From Patescibacteria group bacterium (GTDB lineage: Bacteria; Patescibacteriota; Minisyncoccia; Minisyncoccales; UBA10102), in contig JBBTXG010000005.1 in the NCBI GenBank assembly GCA_038062375.1, forward strand, positions 51,273-115,272: DNA of 64,000 bases. Direction: 5' to 3'. A model generated the notes under the pieces. It ran no database searches and was not told the DNA's origin. It worked only from the letters and a program-made list of their open reading frames with translations. A program made the position numbers and the translations under genes. Shown in pieces: positions 1-8,806 of this stretch; the stretch's first letter is position 1; every line of letters starts with the position of its first letter.

Positions 1-225
1 GTAGAGCACTGTTTCGTTTTTGATTGGGAGATAGACGCCCACATGAATTGCTTCTGGGAGGTAGCGATAGCGTTCCATGAGCTCGACAACCAGGTGGGCT
101 TTCAACAGTTCTTTTTCATCTGGGAATCCAAGAAAGTCATCCCCATATGCGACCTTCGAACATTCTCGTACGAAGAAGGTTTTGCCCCGAGTGATTTGAA
201 AAATAATTTGGGTTGGTGTGTTCAT
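1..225 (-). CDS. hypothetical protein, N-terminal fragment (CDS continues past the left edge)
   Basis: ATG at 225 on the minus strand, with 75 codons open to position 1 (MNTPTQIIFQITRGK...EKELLKAHLVVELMERYRYLPEAIHVG). Weak resemblance to HsdR_N-type N-terminal domains. Absent from the ORF track because it is truncated. Confidence 0.4.
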   Translation of the reverse strand, partial: MNTPTQIIFQITRGKTFFVRECSKVAYGDDFLGFPDEKELLKAHLVVELMERYRYLPEAIHVGVYLPIKNETVLY

Positions 226-264
226 ATTATTTGTATATTCGTGCCTAATTCGTAATTTGTAGGA

Positions 265-993
265 TTATAAAAGTCCTTTTTCTTTAAAGCTCAAGAATCC
301 TATTTGGCTTATGATGACATGATCAATGAGTTCGATCCCCAAAATTTTTCCTGCTTGAGCTAAGCGTTTTGTAATTTCAAGATCATCCTCTGAAGGATCC
401 GTGTCATCAGATGGATGATTGTGCGCGACAATAATATGGGCTGCATGTCGGCGTATGGCAATATCGAACGTTTCCCGCGGATGCACAAGACTTGCGTTGA
501 GCGTGCCTATGGAAATCGTGTCAATGCCAAGCAATTTGTTGCGCGTGTCAAACGATAATACAAGAAAGTGCTCTTTTGCGTATCCACGGATCTTGGGACG
601 GACAAGCTCATACAAGGAACGAGGTGAGATAATGACTTTGCGCTTTTGTATTTTCTTCCCTCGCAGTGACTCTTGCGCTTGCCCCTGGCGCTTCACCACT
701 TCCATGCAGGCTTTCATCTGCGATGCTTTCGCAAGACCAATACCTTTAATGCTTTGGAGATCTTCGAGTGACGCCTGCATGATTCCTTCGAGTGAACCAA
801 AATGGGAAAGCAGTTTCTGTGCCGTCATCATTACCGGCTCCCCTGCCGTACCTCTTCCCAAGATAAGTGCAAGAAGTTCTTGGGCCGAGAGCGCTTCTGG
901 CCCGAATTTCTGTAGTCGTTCTCTCGGACGTTCTGACTGCGGAAGATCGCGAATAGTGAAAGATTGCTTTTCGATTGAATTATTGGGAGACAT
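265..993 (-). CDS. radC: RadC-family JAB/MPN domain protein
   Basis: 242 aa. HhH-like N-terminal region (SAQELLALILGRGTAG...LEDLQSIKGIGLAKA) and C-terminal HNHPSDDTDPSEDD JAMM-like motif. Confidence 0.9.
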   Translation of the reverse strand: MSPNNSIEKQSFTIRDLPQSERPRERLQKFGPEALSAQELLALILGRGTAGEPVMMTAQKLLSHFGSLEGIMQASLEDLQSIKGIGLAKASQMKACMEVVKRQGQAQESLRGKKIQKRKVIISPRSLYELVRPKIRGYAKEHFLVLSFDTRNKLLGIDTISIGTLNASLVHPRETFDIAIRRHAAHIIVAHNHPSDDTDPSEDDLEITKRLAQAGKILGIELIDHVIISQIGFLSFKEKGLL

Positions 994-1234
994 CTGGACG
1001 ATGACCTTTCTTAATAATAAGTATTACCACTTTTTCGTGCTCGATTCGATACACAATTCGAGATGGCCATACGCTACATGACCACTCCTCCCCTCTCTTT
1101 CCGTATAATTTCGTTCCTCGATAAGGATTTTCTTGGAGCCCTGCAAGTGCCGCTACAATCCGGTCGCGGTATACCCCATCAATCGTATCGAGTTTTTTTT
1201 GAACTTTTTTGGGAATGACGACGCGGTACCTCAT
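980..1234 (-). CDS. type II toxin, RelE/ParE family
   Basis: Internal ATG of ORF 980..1564. 84 aa, MRYRVVIPKKVQKKL...RIVYRIEHEKVVILIIKKGHR. Lies directly downstream of a Phd/YefM antitoxin. Confidence 0.75.
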   Translation of the reverse strand: MRYRVVIPKKVQKKLDTIDGVYRDRIVAALAGLQENPYRGTKLYGKRGEEWSCSVWPSRIVYRIEHEKVVILIIKKGHRPDVSQ

Positions 1235-1538
1235 ATTTTTGCTTTCCCTTATCAGCAAGCACATAGCCCTGTCGCGCAAGTATTTCTTGGAGCGCGACAT
1301 ACTCCCCTCTCTCATATTGTGTTTGTGCCTCTGCGATATCCTTTTCCAGATTCGGAAATTCCTGAATAACCTTGATTGTTTCAAGGAGTGACTCGAATTC
1401 TTCAATAGAAAGAATAACAGCTTTTGGTTTGCCGTTTTCTGTAAGAATATAATAGGTATCTGGCTGCTGCACTTCGTCGGCAATCTCGAAGATGCGTTTG
1501 CGCGCTTCTGAAATTGGAACGGTTCGTCGAACATCCAT
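1179..1538 (-). CDS. type II antitoxin, Phd/YefM family
   Basis: 119 aa. N-terminus RTVPISEARKRIFEIADEV...YYILTENGKPKAVILSIEEFESLLET matches the Phd/YefM signature. Confidence 0.8.
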   Translation of the reverse strand: MDVRRTVPISEARKRIFEIADEVQQPDTYYILTENGKPKAVILSIEEFESLLETIKVIQEFPNLEKDIAEAQTQYERGEYVALQEILARQGYVLADKGKQKYEVPRRHSQKSSKKTRYD

Positions 1539-1573
1539 ATTATGTACATATTAATGTACAACAAGCAACCTTG

Positions 1574-2158
1574 TCAACCCCGTCCCATGGAAGCCGCTTG
1601 GAGAGGAAAACTTTGAATGATGCCGTATTCTGAACCGGAGCTCTTGAGGTGACTCTCCATCACTTCGATGGAACGGACGGAAAGATTGAGGGTGATTTCT
1701 TCGTTGATGGCGGGGCGCTCTTCAATATTCATGTGACGGAATTTCCATTGGAGGAGCCGGCCGAGCGTGAGATGAACAGAAAATGGCCGGTTTTCGGGAT
1801 GGAAGTGAAGCTGCCCGGATTTCGCAAGCGAATCCTCCACATCTTTTTGGAGTTCCATAAGTTCCGGAGATTCTTTGCCTATCACCCATACCATTCGCGG
1901 AACTTGTTTGGGAGGTCCGTAGATGATCTTCGTGAATTCCATGGAAAAAGCTTGGTGCCGCTCCCCCACTTCTCCCATGAGCTCACCTATATGCGCTACT
2001 TCTTTGTCGGATGTATTGCCCAGAAACGCAAGCGTAAGGTGAAGATTTTTTTCTTCAGTCCATCTGACAGGGAGTTCAGGTAATTTTTTCTGCCAGTTAA
2101 GGAGTTCTTCCTTTATCTCTTTGGGCAAGTTAATTGCAATAAAAACGCGATGGAGCAT
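1574..2158 (-). CDS. thpR: RNA 2',3'-cyclic phosphodiesterase / 2'-5' RNA ligase (2H phosphoesterase)
   Basis: 194 aa with two HxTx motifs (HLTLAFLG and HLTLGRL). Confidence 0.85.
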   Translation of the reverse strand: MLHRVFIAINLPKEIKEELLNWQKKLPELPVRWTEEKNLHLTLAFLGNTSDKEVAHIGELMGEVGERHQAFSMEFTKIIYGPPKQVPRMVWVIGKESPELMELQKDVEDSLAKSGQLHFHPENRPFSVHLTLGRLLQWKFRHMNIEERPAINEEITLNLSVRSIEVMESHLKSSGSEYGIIQSFPLQAASMGRG

Positions 2159-2196
2159 AATTGAATTTTACTATACAGAAGGTTACAATTGAAGTG

Positions 2197-2652
2197 ATGA
2201 AACTCAAAAAGAAACAAAGAGCAAAGAAAAAAGAGTATGAAGAAACTGCCATTCAGCAGGTGGTGAATCATTATTTCTTCACGAAAGGGCTTTCGACCGA
2301 ACAAATTAAAAGGGACGCAAAGAAAAAGAAAATTATCTACTCTCGCTATGTGCGACCCGCCCGAGATCTTATCGCACTAGCAGGGTCGGTTGCTAAAGCG
2401 GAAAAGGCAATCACGAAAGTTGCTCAATGGGCGAGTTCGCGCGGATTGGATTATTCGATTGAGACCGTGTTTAAGAAATGGTTAGAATTAGATCGGTTAA
2501 AACCCAAGGAAATAGTGAAGAAACCGTTTTATGACGGGAATCCCATGGTTTGGTCTGAAGCGAAGAAAAACTGGTATGTAGTAACAGTAGACGGCGAGTG
2601 GCTCGAGTTTGCAGGAAAAGAATCAGAAGTCGAATGGAGAATCGTGAAATAA
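2197..2652 (+). CDS. hypothetical protein (Lys-rich N-terminus)
   Basis: First ATG inside ORF 2161..2652, which opens with TTG. No family recognised. Confidence 0.5.
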   Translation: MKLKKKQRAKKKEYEETAIQQVVNHYFFTKGLSTEQIKRDAKKKKIIYSRYVRPARDLIALAGSVAKAEKAITKVAQWASSRGLDYSIETVFKKWLELDRLKPKEIVKKPFYDGNPMVWSEAKKNWYVVTVDGEWLEFAGKESEVEWRIVK

Positions 2653-2681
2653 AAAGTGGATGAATAAACCCGCGTTCTTTA

Positions 2682-3638
2682 ATGACTCGTATCATCTTCT
2701 TTGGAACCTCGGAATTCGGCGCGATTATTTTAGAAAAACTTATACACGCTAAGATAAGGCCTCTTCTGGTTGTGACTGTTCCCGATAAACCAGTTGGCAG
2801 AAAACAACTACTAACGCCTCCTCCCGTGAAATCACATATCATGAAGCACAAATGGAATATCCCAATTCTGCAACCAGAGAACCTTTCAACAATCAGCAAT
2901 CAACTATCGGCAATCAGCCCCGATCTCATGGTGCTCGCGGCGTACGGGCAAGTTATTCCAAAAGAAATTCTGAAGATTCCTCGCTACGACGCTTTGAATG
3001 TTCATCCTTCCTTATTGCCAAAATACCGCGGCCCCTCCCCTATTCAGACGGCAATCTTAAACGGCGACGAAGAAACTGGGGTTACCATCATGCTCATGGA
3101 TGAACAGATCGATCATGGACCGATTGTTGCAAGTGAAAAATTTAAAATGAAAAATCAAAAGTTTACTTACCCAGAACTCCATGATACATTAGCGAAATTG
3201 GGAGGCGAGCTGCTTATAAAAACTATTCCAAAATGGGTTAAAGGAGAGATCATGCCGCAGCCGCAGAATCATGCAAAAGCAACCTCTACCAAACGGATCG
3301 CCAAACAACATGGACATATTGACTGGTCAAAGCCCGCGTTGTATATAGAAAGACAGACTCGAGCGTTGAATCCGTGGCCAGGAACCTATAGCTTTCTGAA
3401 AGTTGAAACTCAAGACTTGAATCCTCAAATTCTAAAGATTTTAAGGGCTCGTGTCCTGGAGGGCACCTATGAAAAAGCGCCCGGAAAGACATTCCTCACA
3501 ACGAGTGGGAAGCTTGCGGTACAAACACAAAAAGATGCGCTCCTCGTTGAAGAATTGCAGCTCCAGGGAGGAAAGCCGATGCCTGCACGAGAATTCCTTC
3601 TTGGCCATAAAGATTTTGTCGGCACTATCCTTGCGTAA
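2682..3638 (+). CDS. fmt: methionyl-tRNA formyltransferase
   Basis: 318 aa. IIFFGTSEFG N-terminus and NVHPSLLPKYRGPSPIQTAILNGDEETGVTIM core. Confidence 0.95.
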   Translation: MTRIIFFGTSEFGAIILEKLIHAKIRPLLVVTVPDKPVGRKQLLTPPPVKSHIMKHKWNIPILQPENLSTISNQLSAISPDLMVLAAYGQVIPKEILKIPRYDALNVHPSLLPKYRGPSPIQTAILNGDEETGVTIMLMDEQIDHGPIVASEKFKMKNQKFTYPELHDTLAKLGGELLIKTIPKWVKGEIMPQPQNHAKATSTKRIAKQHGHIDWSKPALYIERQTRALNPWPGTYSFLKVETQDLNPQILKILRARVLEGTYEKAPGKTFLTTSGKLAVQTQKDALLVEELQLQGGKPMPAREFLLGHKDFVGTILA

Positions 3639-3677
3639 CCTCCTCACGTTCCAACCACATAAATCTGTCAACAATCT

Positions 3678-4250
3678 ATGCTTTCCTACTTTGATCTCCG
3701 TAAAGGCATACAATTTATTTATGAGGACCAACCTTACGAGGTTTTAGATTTCAAACAAATGGGGAAATCCCAAGATGTGGTTGTTGCCCAGACAAAGATC
3801 CGCAATCTCATTGACGGACGCGTCTTGCAAAAGAACTTCCATCAAAAAGAGACTTTTCAGGAGGCGGATGTTTCAAAGTTTCAAACAAAGTTCATTTACA
3901 GTAATCGAGGGAAATATGTGTTCTGCGAAAAGGATAATCCATCCAAGCGCTTTGAACTCACCGCAGAACAGATTGGACAAGGAACCCAGTTCTTAAAGCC
4001 AAATGAGATGGTAGAGGGATTACTCTTTCAAGATAAGATTATCAATATCTCGCTTCCTATCAAGGTGCAACTTGCCGTGAAAGATGCTCCCCCAGGACTC
4101 AAAGGAGATAGCGCGAAAGGAGGCACCAAAATCGTAAGGCTTCAAACCGGCGCTGCGGTAAATGTTCCTCTGTTCATCGAGACCGGAGATATTATTGAGA
4201 TAAACACCGAGACCGGAGAATATGTGCGACGAATATTGGATGGCGCATAA
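3678..4250 (+). CDS. efp: elongation factor P
   Basis: 190 aa. DLRKGIQFIYEDQPYEVLDFKQMGKSQDVVVAQTKIRNL, typical EF-P. Confidence 0.95.
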   Translation: MLSYFDLRKGIQFIYEDQPYEVLDFKQMGKSQDVVVAQTKIRNLIDGRVLQKNFHQKETFQEADVSKFQTKFIYSNRGKYVFCEKDNPSKRFELTAEQIGQGTQFLKPNEMVEGLLFQDKIINISLPIKVQLAVKDAPPGLKGDSAKGGTKIVRLQTGAAVNVPLFIETGDIIEINTETGEYVRRILDGA

Positions 4251-4272
4251 TGCTACGCGAACAATCAAGAAA

Positions 4273-4300
4273 AGTTGTCGTCAGAGGTTTGACGACAACT
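4273..4300. terminator. perfect 11-bp stem hairpin between convergent efp and a small minus-strand ORF
   Basis: AGTTGTCGTCA-gaggtt-TGACGACAACT. No strong T-tract on either side. Confidence 0.45.
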
Positions 4301-4341
4301 CAAGACCTAACCCTTACCTCTTCCACGAATTTCTAATGCTT

Positions 4342-4566
4342 TCAAGCAGTACTATTCCCTTCCTCCGAGAAAGACATAGGGAAAAATCGGGAGTGGTATT
4401 TTGTCCGAACTCGCCCCCGTAGATGGGGATCTTTGTTGATAGCTTGAACGGTTACAAAAATCTGATGGAAAGGTCCTATGCCGCGGCAAAAGGGACACTC
4501 TTGCTCATCGCAATCGAATAGAAGACCACAACACTGATTCCATCGGTCTCCATTTGCATCGACCAT
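4342..4566 (-). CDS. small Cys-rich hypothetical protein (74 aa)
   Basis: Internal ATG of ORF 4342..4695, preceded by AAGGAGGgaggaagagATG. Candidate promoter TTGTCT-16-TATACT at 4618..4645. Hairpin 4273..4300 lies downstream. Sequence includes CCGLLFDCDEQECPFC. Confidence 0.45.
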   Translation of the reverse strand: MVDANGDRWNQCCGLLFDCDEQECPFCRGIGPFHQIFVTVQAINKDPHLRGRVRTKYHSRFFPMSFSEEGNSTA

Positions 4567-4617
4567 CTCTTCCTCCCTCCTTCCTAAGTCTCCGTACTTC
4601 TCGTACGACCTACTTTC

Positions 4618-4645
4618 AGTATAGACTGTTCTGCAAGAAAGACAA
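4618..4645 (-). promoter_or_regulatory. candidate sigma70 promoter for the small Cys-rich ORF
   Basis: Minus strand TTGTCT-16 nt-TATACT. Sits back-to-back with the plus-strand promoter at 4646..4674. Confidence 0.35.
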
Positions 4646-4674
4646 TTTACAGAAGCTCGCACTTCAGCTATACT
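4646..4674 (+). promoter_or_regulatory. candidate sigma70 promoter giving a leaderless CBS-HPF mRNA
   Basis: TTTACA-17 nt-TATACT, then 5 nt, then the ATG at 4680. No SD sequence. Confidence 0.45.
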
Positions 4675-4679
4675 GGAGT

Positions 4680-5828
4680 ATGGACCAAACTTCATTCGAT
4701 ATCGACATTCGTTCCATTCTCATACCGGCAACAAAGGTATTGCGCGCAAGCCCGGAAGACACTCTCGATCATGCCCTTGCGAAAACTCAAAGCAGTCACG
4801 ATGCAGTGTTTGTCTTTAACGAGGAGGACAAGTTCCTCGGCTTCGTCTCTCCTTCGTATGCATTCTTTCGAAAACGATATCCCTATACCACAAAGATTAA
4901 GTCGTGCCTGGTCAATCCTCCCCATATCACGGATAGTACTTCGATTTTCCAGATCGCAGAGTTTATGGTGGCCACGGGAATTTATACCCTTCCCGTATTC
5001 CAAGGAGAAAGAATTTCAGGCCTCATTACTGCAAAGAGTATCTTGAGGGTTCTCGAACAAAACCAAAGCTTCTTTTCGCAAGTTGCTCGAGTGCTCAAAC
5101 CAGAAAATCCGGTTACAACTCCTTCCACTTCTTCTGCCCAAACAATCTACACGCTCATGCGTGAAAAGAAAATATCTCGGGTTGTGTTAGTGGGGACAAG
5201 CGGAAGAGTCGACGGAATCGTATCTCGACGAGATCTCCAGTTTCTTCTGGCTAAACCCGGTCCACGCCAAAGAATAAAAACAGGCGGCAAGGGATTTTCG
5301 AGAAGTTATGTGTTTGGCATAGAGAAAGAATCCCGCCTGAATGTGCCTGTAGCGCCCTTTGCCCAACGAAATGTACTCCTTGAAGATATGAGTACGGGCA
5401 AAGAGAATATCCTTGAGCGGCTTATCAATTCAGAAAAAAACAGCATCGTTATTGTAGATAAAGATAATAGACCAACAGGAATCATTTCGATTCGCGTACT
5501 CCTTCAAGCACTTGTCTTCCTCAAACCAGAGTTGCAAATTCCGGTGATTATAAAGAACGCCGGGCATCTGCGACATCTGGAGGTACAATGGGTGAAAGAA
5601 CTTGCATATAAACTTGGAATAAAACTCTCCAAACGCTCTCCCATCGAACGCATCGAAATCGCAATCAAAGAATCAAAAGATCCGGTAGGAAGGCCCGATG
5701 AATTCGAACTTGCCTTTCACATTCTCTTTTTCTCGGGCAATACGCTCATCGCATCAGGGAAAGACCGAGATTTCAAAAAAGCAGTAAGGAAAACAATCCA
5801 ACGAATAAAACGACAACAGCCCTCCTAA
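4680..5828 (+). CDS. CBS-domain (two Bateman modules) protein with a C-terminal HPF/RaiA-like domain
   Basis: Internal ATG (MDQTSFD...) of ORF 4554..5828. Four CBS-like segments. The C-terminal ~95 aa (IPVIIKNAGHLRHLEVQWVKELAYKLG...ASGKDRDFKKAVRKTIQRIKRQ) follow the beta-alpha pattern of ribosome hibernation factors. Confidence 0.7.
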   Translation: MDQTSFDIDIRSILIPATKVLRASPEDTLDHALAKTQSSHDAVFVFNEEDKFLGFVSPSYAFFRKRYPYTTKIKSCLVNPPHITDSTSIFQIAEFMVATGIYTLPVFQGERISGLITAKSILRVLEQNQSFFSQVARVLKPENPVTTPSTSSAQTIYTLMREKKISRVVLVGTSGRVDGIVSRRDLQFLLAKPGPRQRIKTGGKGFSRSYVFGIEKESRLNVPVAPFAQRNVLLEDMSTGKENILERLINSEKNSIVIVDKDNRPTGIISIRVLLQALVFLKPELQIPVIIKNAGHLRHLEVQWVKELAYKLGIKLSKRSPIERIEIAIKESKDPVGRPDEFELAFHILFFSGNTLIASGKDRDFKKAVRKTIQRIKRQQPS

Positions 5829-5874
5829 CGGATCGCATCGCTCTCTTGGGTGCAAGCAGATCGATACTCTTTCT

Positions 5875-7272
5875 TTAGACAGAGTGATTCGTGGATCCTA
5901 CAAATCGAAAATCTTTGATTTTCATCGCAGGGACTACTACCCCGCCAGGAAAGGAAATGTTTAGAGGGTCGAACACGAGTCTCGAAGGAGACATTGCCTC
6001 TATGCGCTTGAAGGCTTCTGGAATACTTTCTTGAAAACGCACATTCTCAACCGGCCCTATCACTTTTCCGTTTTCGATCAAAAATACCCCGTGCGAGACT
6101 ACGCCAGTCATGGTTGCGGTTTGATAATGCTTCATTCCCGGATAATGGAGTTTCGTTACCCAGAGAGTCGGCCGAATTGCATTGGCAAGCATCTCTTCCA
6201 TAGAAGTATTACCTCCTTCGATTACCAAATTAAAAGGGACTGCTCCTTGAGATCTGAAAGATGGCGAAAGCGCGTTTCCGGTTGGGATATGATTGTACTT
6301 TTTTGCAAGCGTATTGTCGTATACTGCATTTCTTGCAACTCCCTTTTCAATAAGGTAAAGAGTCTTTCTCGGTCTTCCTTCAAAATCAAATGGAATTCCC
6401 ATTCCTTGGGTTCTCGGATCGAAAGGATCGTCTTTGATGCTCACGTTCGAGCCCGTTATGAGATTTCCTATGTTGCCCGAAATAAAACTTTCTCCTTTTT
6501 CGACAAACAGCCCATTGAATCCAAAGATGCCCATCCACTCAAATAAAGGAGCAAAAAAGTAAGGCTCGCCGATGAGATCAATCTTGAGTTCTTCTCCCTC
6601 TCTCATTTGAGCGAAAAGATCAATTTTTGCTTTCCCTCGAGCCAAATCGCATTTGTAGACAAGTTCGCGAAGGATGCGGTCCGTATCAAGTGAATCGAGC
6701 GATATGCCGCCAGAACTTGCATAGGCTGAAACAGAAGGATTATATCGATCGAATGCAAACAACCCCGCACAAGCGAGAGTAAAACGCATTGTTTGGGAAA
6801 CGCCAAGAGAATTTTCATAGGTCATCCGGCCTCTTGCCTGTGCGATTTTTCCAGAGAGGAAAAGACCGTGCTTTTCCAATACCTGAATAACTCGTTTTAT
6901 GGTTATCATGCGACCTTCTCCATCAAGTTCTGTAGTCTTCTCATTAAATAGTTCATTTCTCGGAGAAACAGAAGGAAAAGTATCTGTAGGAAGAATAATC
7001 TCTTGCTCTGGCAGAAGATCCATTTGAGCTACCATTTTTCCGATGAGCTCTTCCCCAAGGAAAGGGTTGTCGAACCGGACTGCTTTCCTTCGGTTTTTTC
7101 GCACAAGCGCAAGATCAATTCCCCACTGTTCTCCTGCGGGCGGCTGATCCACCTGTCCTTGTTTAATTCGCTTGAGGGAAATTTCGGTTTTGGTCGCCAC
7201 GACCTCGCAGAATTCAACCCCATACCTTTTTGCTATCGTAAGGATATCTTGTGCTACTTTTGTTGTATCCAT
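5875..7272 (-). CDS. pmbA: TldD/PmbA-family metalloprotease, PmbA(TldE)-like
   Basis: 465 aa. Family-typical length and C-terminal beta-rich region. Paired with a tldD-like gene. Confidence 0.8.
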   Translation of the reverse strand: MDTTKVAQDILTIAKRYGVEFCEVVATKTEISLKRIKQGQVDQPPAGEQWGIDLALVRKNRRKAVRFDNPFLGEELIGKMVAQMDLLPEQEIILPTDTFPSVSPRNELFNEKTTELDGEGRMITIKRVIQVLEKHGLFLSGKIAQARGRMTYENSLGVSQTMRFTLACAGLFAFDRYNPSVSAYASSGGISLDSLDTDRILRELVYKCDLARGKAKIDLFAQMREGEELKIDLIGEPYFFAPLFEWMGIFGFNGLFVEKGESFISGNIGNLITGSNVSIKDDPFDPRTQGMGIPFDFEGRPRKTLYLIEKGVARNAVYDNTLAKKYNHIPTGNALSPSFRSQGAVPFNLVIEGGNTSMEEMLANAIRPTLWVTKLHYPGMKHYQTATMTGVVSHGVFLIENGKVIGPVENVRFQESIPEAFKRIEAMSPSRLVFDPLNISFPGGVVVPAMKIKDFRFVGSTNHSV

Positions 7273-7295
7273 GTTTTGGTTGTCTCCATTGGCTT

Positions 7296-8801
7296 TTATC
7301 CAACTGCTCCTACCCGGATATTGCTAAAATATGCCGGCGACGCTCCATGTCCCGTGTGCACGACCTGCAGAGGATCTGCTTTCCCGCAGGATCCCACCCC
7401 TTGCAATTGAAAACTTTTCTCATCGCATACGATTTGGCAATTCCGCCAAAAGTTGAGGTTGTCTCCATAATACTTCGCGTTTTTTCTGATCTCCCATTTT
7501 CCATTCACCTTCTCGAATGCAATTTCTGTACCAAACGTAAAGTGCCGCCGTACGTCATCAATACTCCAGCTTTTATTCGTTCCAAATAGTATGGTTCCAT
7601 TGGGAACAGAGTCTTTCAGATCTTCAAAGTCTGTCTCTCCGGGTTCTACAATTATATTCGTCATACGGATTACCGGCCAATCTCCATAGCTTTCAGTTCG
7701 CACCGCTCCGCTCGGCTGTTTGAAATATTCCCGGCCGATTTTTTGATTCAAAAGCGGTACCGTTTCTCTTGAGGTGAGAAGTCCTACCCAAACTCCATTC
7801 GTTACGAGCGGCATTCGTTGGGCGGGCGTTCCTTCGTCGTCATAGCCAAATGTCCCTACGCCGCCTTCCAAAGTGCTATCAGCCCTGATGTTTACTTTCT
7901 CTGATCCGAATCGAAATTTCCCTATCTCCGAAAGAAGAGGAGTCAAAAAACTTCCTCCAGCTAACGTCCATTCGCTCCCCAATGTTCGATCTGCCTCAAA
8001 TCCATGAACTGTCTCATGGCTATGAAGATTGAGCATTGACTGCAGAAGAATGATACCACGATTCCCCGAAGGAGCACGCGGCGCTTCCAAAAGCTGTTCC
8101 GCTTCTTTTGCGATCTTTGCAGCATTCTCCACAAGTTCGAGTTTTTTAATGTATTCGTATCCTCCTTGCATATAATAGAAATGAGAATCTGGCCATGAGC
8201 GCCGCTGGATATCTCCACCTTGTTGCGCTATCGCATGTGCCTGCAAAGAGGCTCCGCATTCAATAATTGTTTGATCAGTCCGTACTCCTTCACTGCAAGC
8301 AAAAAGTTTGCGCGTTTTAAGGATTGCTATCTCCCCAATTCGCCAAAATACTTTCTTTGAAGTCTGAACTATTGCTTCATCGGCTGAAGTTAAGAGCTTT
8401 AATTTCTCATCGAGAGAAACTGCAAAAGGATCGATTTCTATTCGTGTTTGGTATATTCCGACTTTTTCTTTCTCCCAGAGTTCCGCCCGAGGAACAAGGA
8501 AAACCTTCTCTTTTTGAAAAGAAGAGTTGATGCTTGCACTATGAATTGCCCGTCTTACTACGGTTTCGATGTTTTCTTTTTTGAGAATGGGACTTCCATA
8601 AAACCCCCAACTTCCATTCATAAGTAAGCGCACCCCAAATCCAGCGCTCCTGGAAGAATTCAAAGCGGTAATCTGTCCATTTTCAAGTTTTATCTCCTCT
8701 GATTCTTGCTCGGGGCACAGCCTGCAATCCGCATATTCTGCGCCAAGCCTTTTTGCCTGCCAAAGTACTTCTTGTACGAATTGTTGATATTCTGATTCCA
8801 T
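7296..8801 (-). CDS. tldD: TldD-family metalloprotease
   Basis: 501 aa. GFGVRLLMNGSWGFYGS and HETVHGFEADR metal-site-like motif. Confidence 0.85.
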   Translation of the reverse strand: MESEYQQFVQEVLWQAKRLGAEYADCRLCPEQESEEIKLENGQITALNSSRSAGFGVRLLMNGSWGFYGSPILKKENIETVVRRAIHSASINSSFQKEKVFLVPRAELWEKEKVGIYQTRIEIDPFAVSLDEKLKLLTSADEAIVQTSKKVFWRIGEIAILKTRKLFACSEGVRTDQTIIECGASLQAHAIAQQGGDIQRRSWPDSHFYYMQGGYEYIKKLELVENAAKIAKEAEQLLEAPRAPSGNRGIILLQSMLNLHSHETVHGFEADRTLGSEWTLAGGSFLTPLLSEIGKFRFGSEKVNIRADSTLEGGVGTFGYDDEGTPAQRMPLVTNGVWVGLLTSRETVPLLNQKIGREYFKQPSGAVRTESYGDWPVIRMTNIIVEPGETDFEDLKDSVPNGTILFGTNKSWSIDDVRRHFTFGTEIAFEKVNGKWEIRKNAKYYGDNLNFWRNCQIVCDEKSFQLQGVGSCGKADPLQVVHTGHGASPAYFSNIRVGAVG

Positions 8802-8806
8802 ATGAA

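Noticed and set aside
43-255. 70-aa plus-strand ORF at the left edge
   Set aside because: The opposite strand carries an uninterrupted 75-codon reading frame from an ATG at 225 to the window edge, with a more protein-like sequence. The plus-strand ORF is taken as its shadow.
980-1564. Full 194-aa minus-strand ORF
   Set aside because: Its first ~110 residues are low-complexity and overlap the antitoxin gene in another frame. Only the C-terminal 84 aa (from the ATG at 1234) resemble RelE/ParE.
5875-8801. TldD/PmbA pair as part of a microcin/RiPP maturation system
   Set aside because: No precursor peptide or modification genes lie nearby. The pair is common as a stand-alone housekeeping protease.
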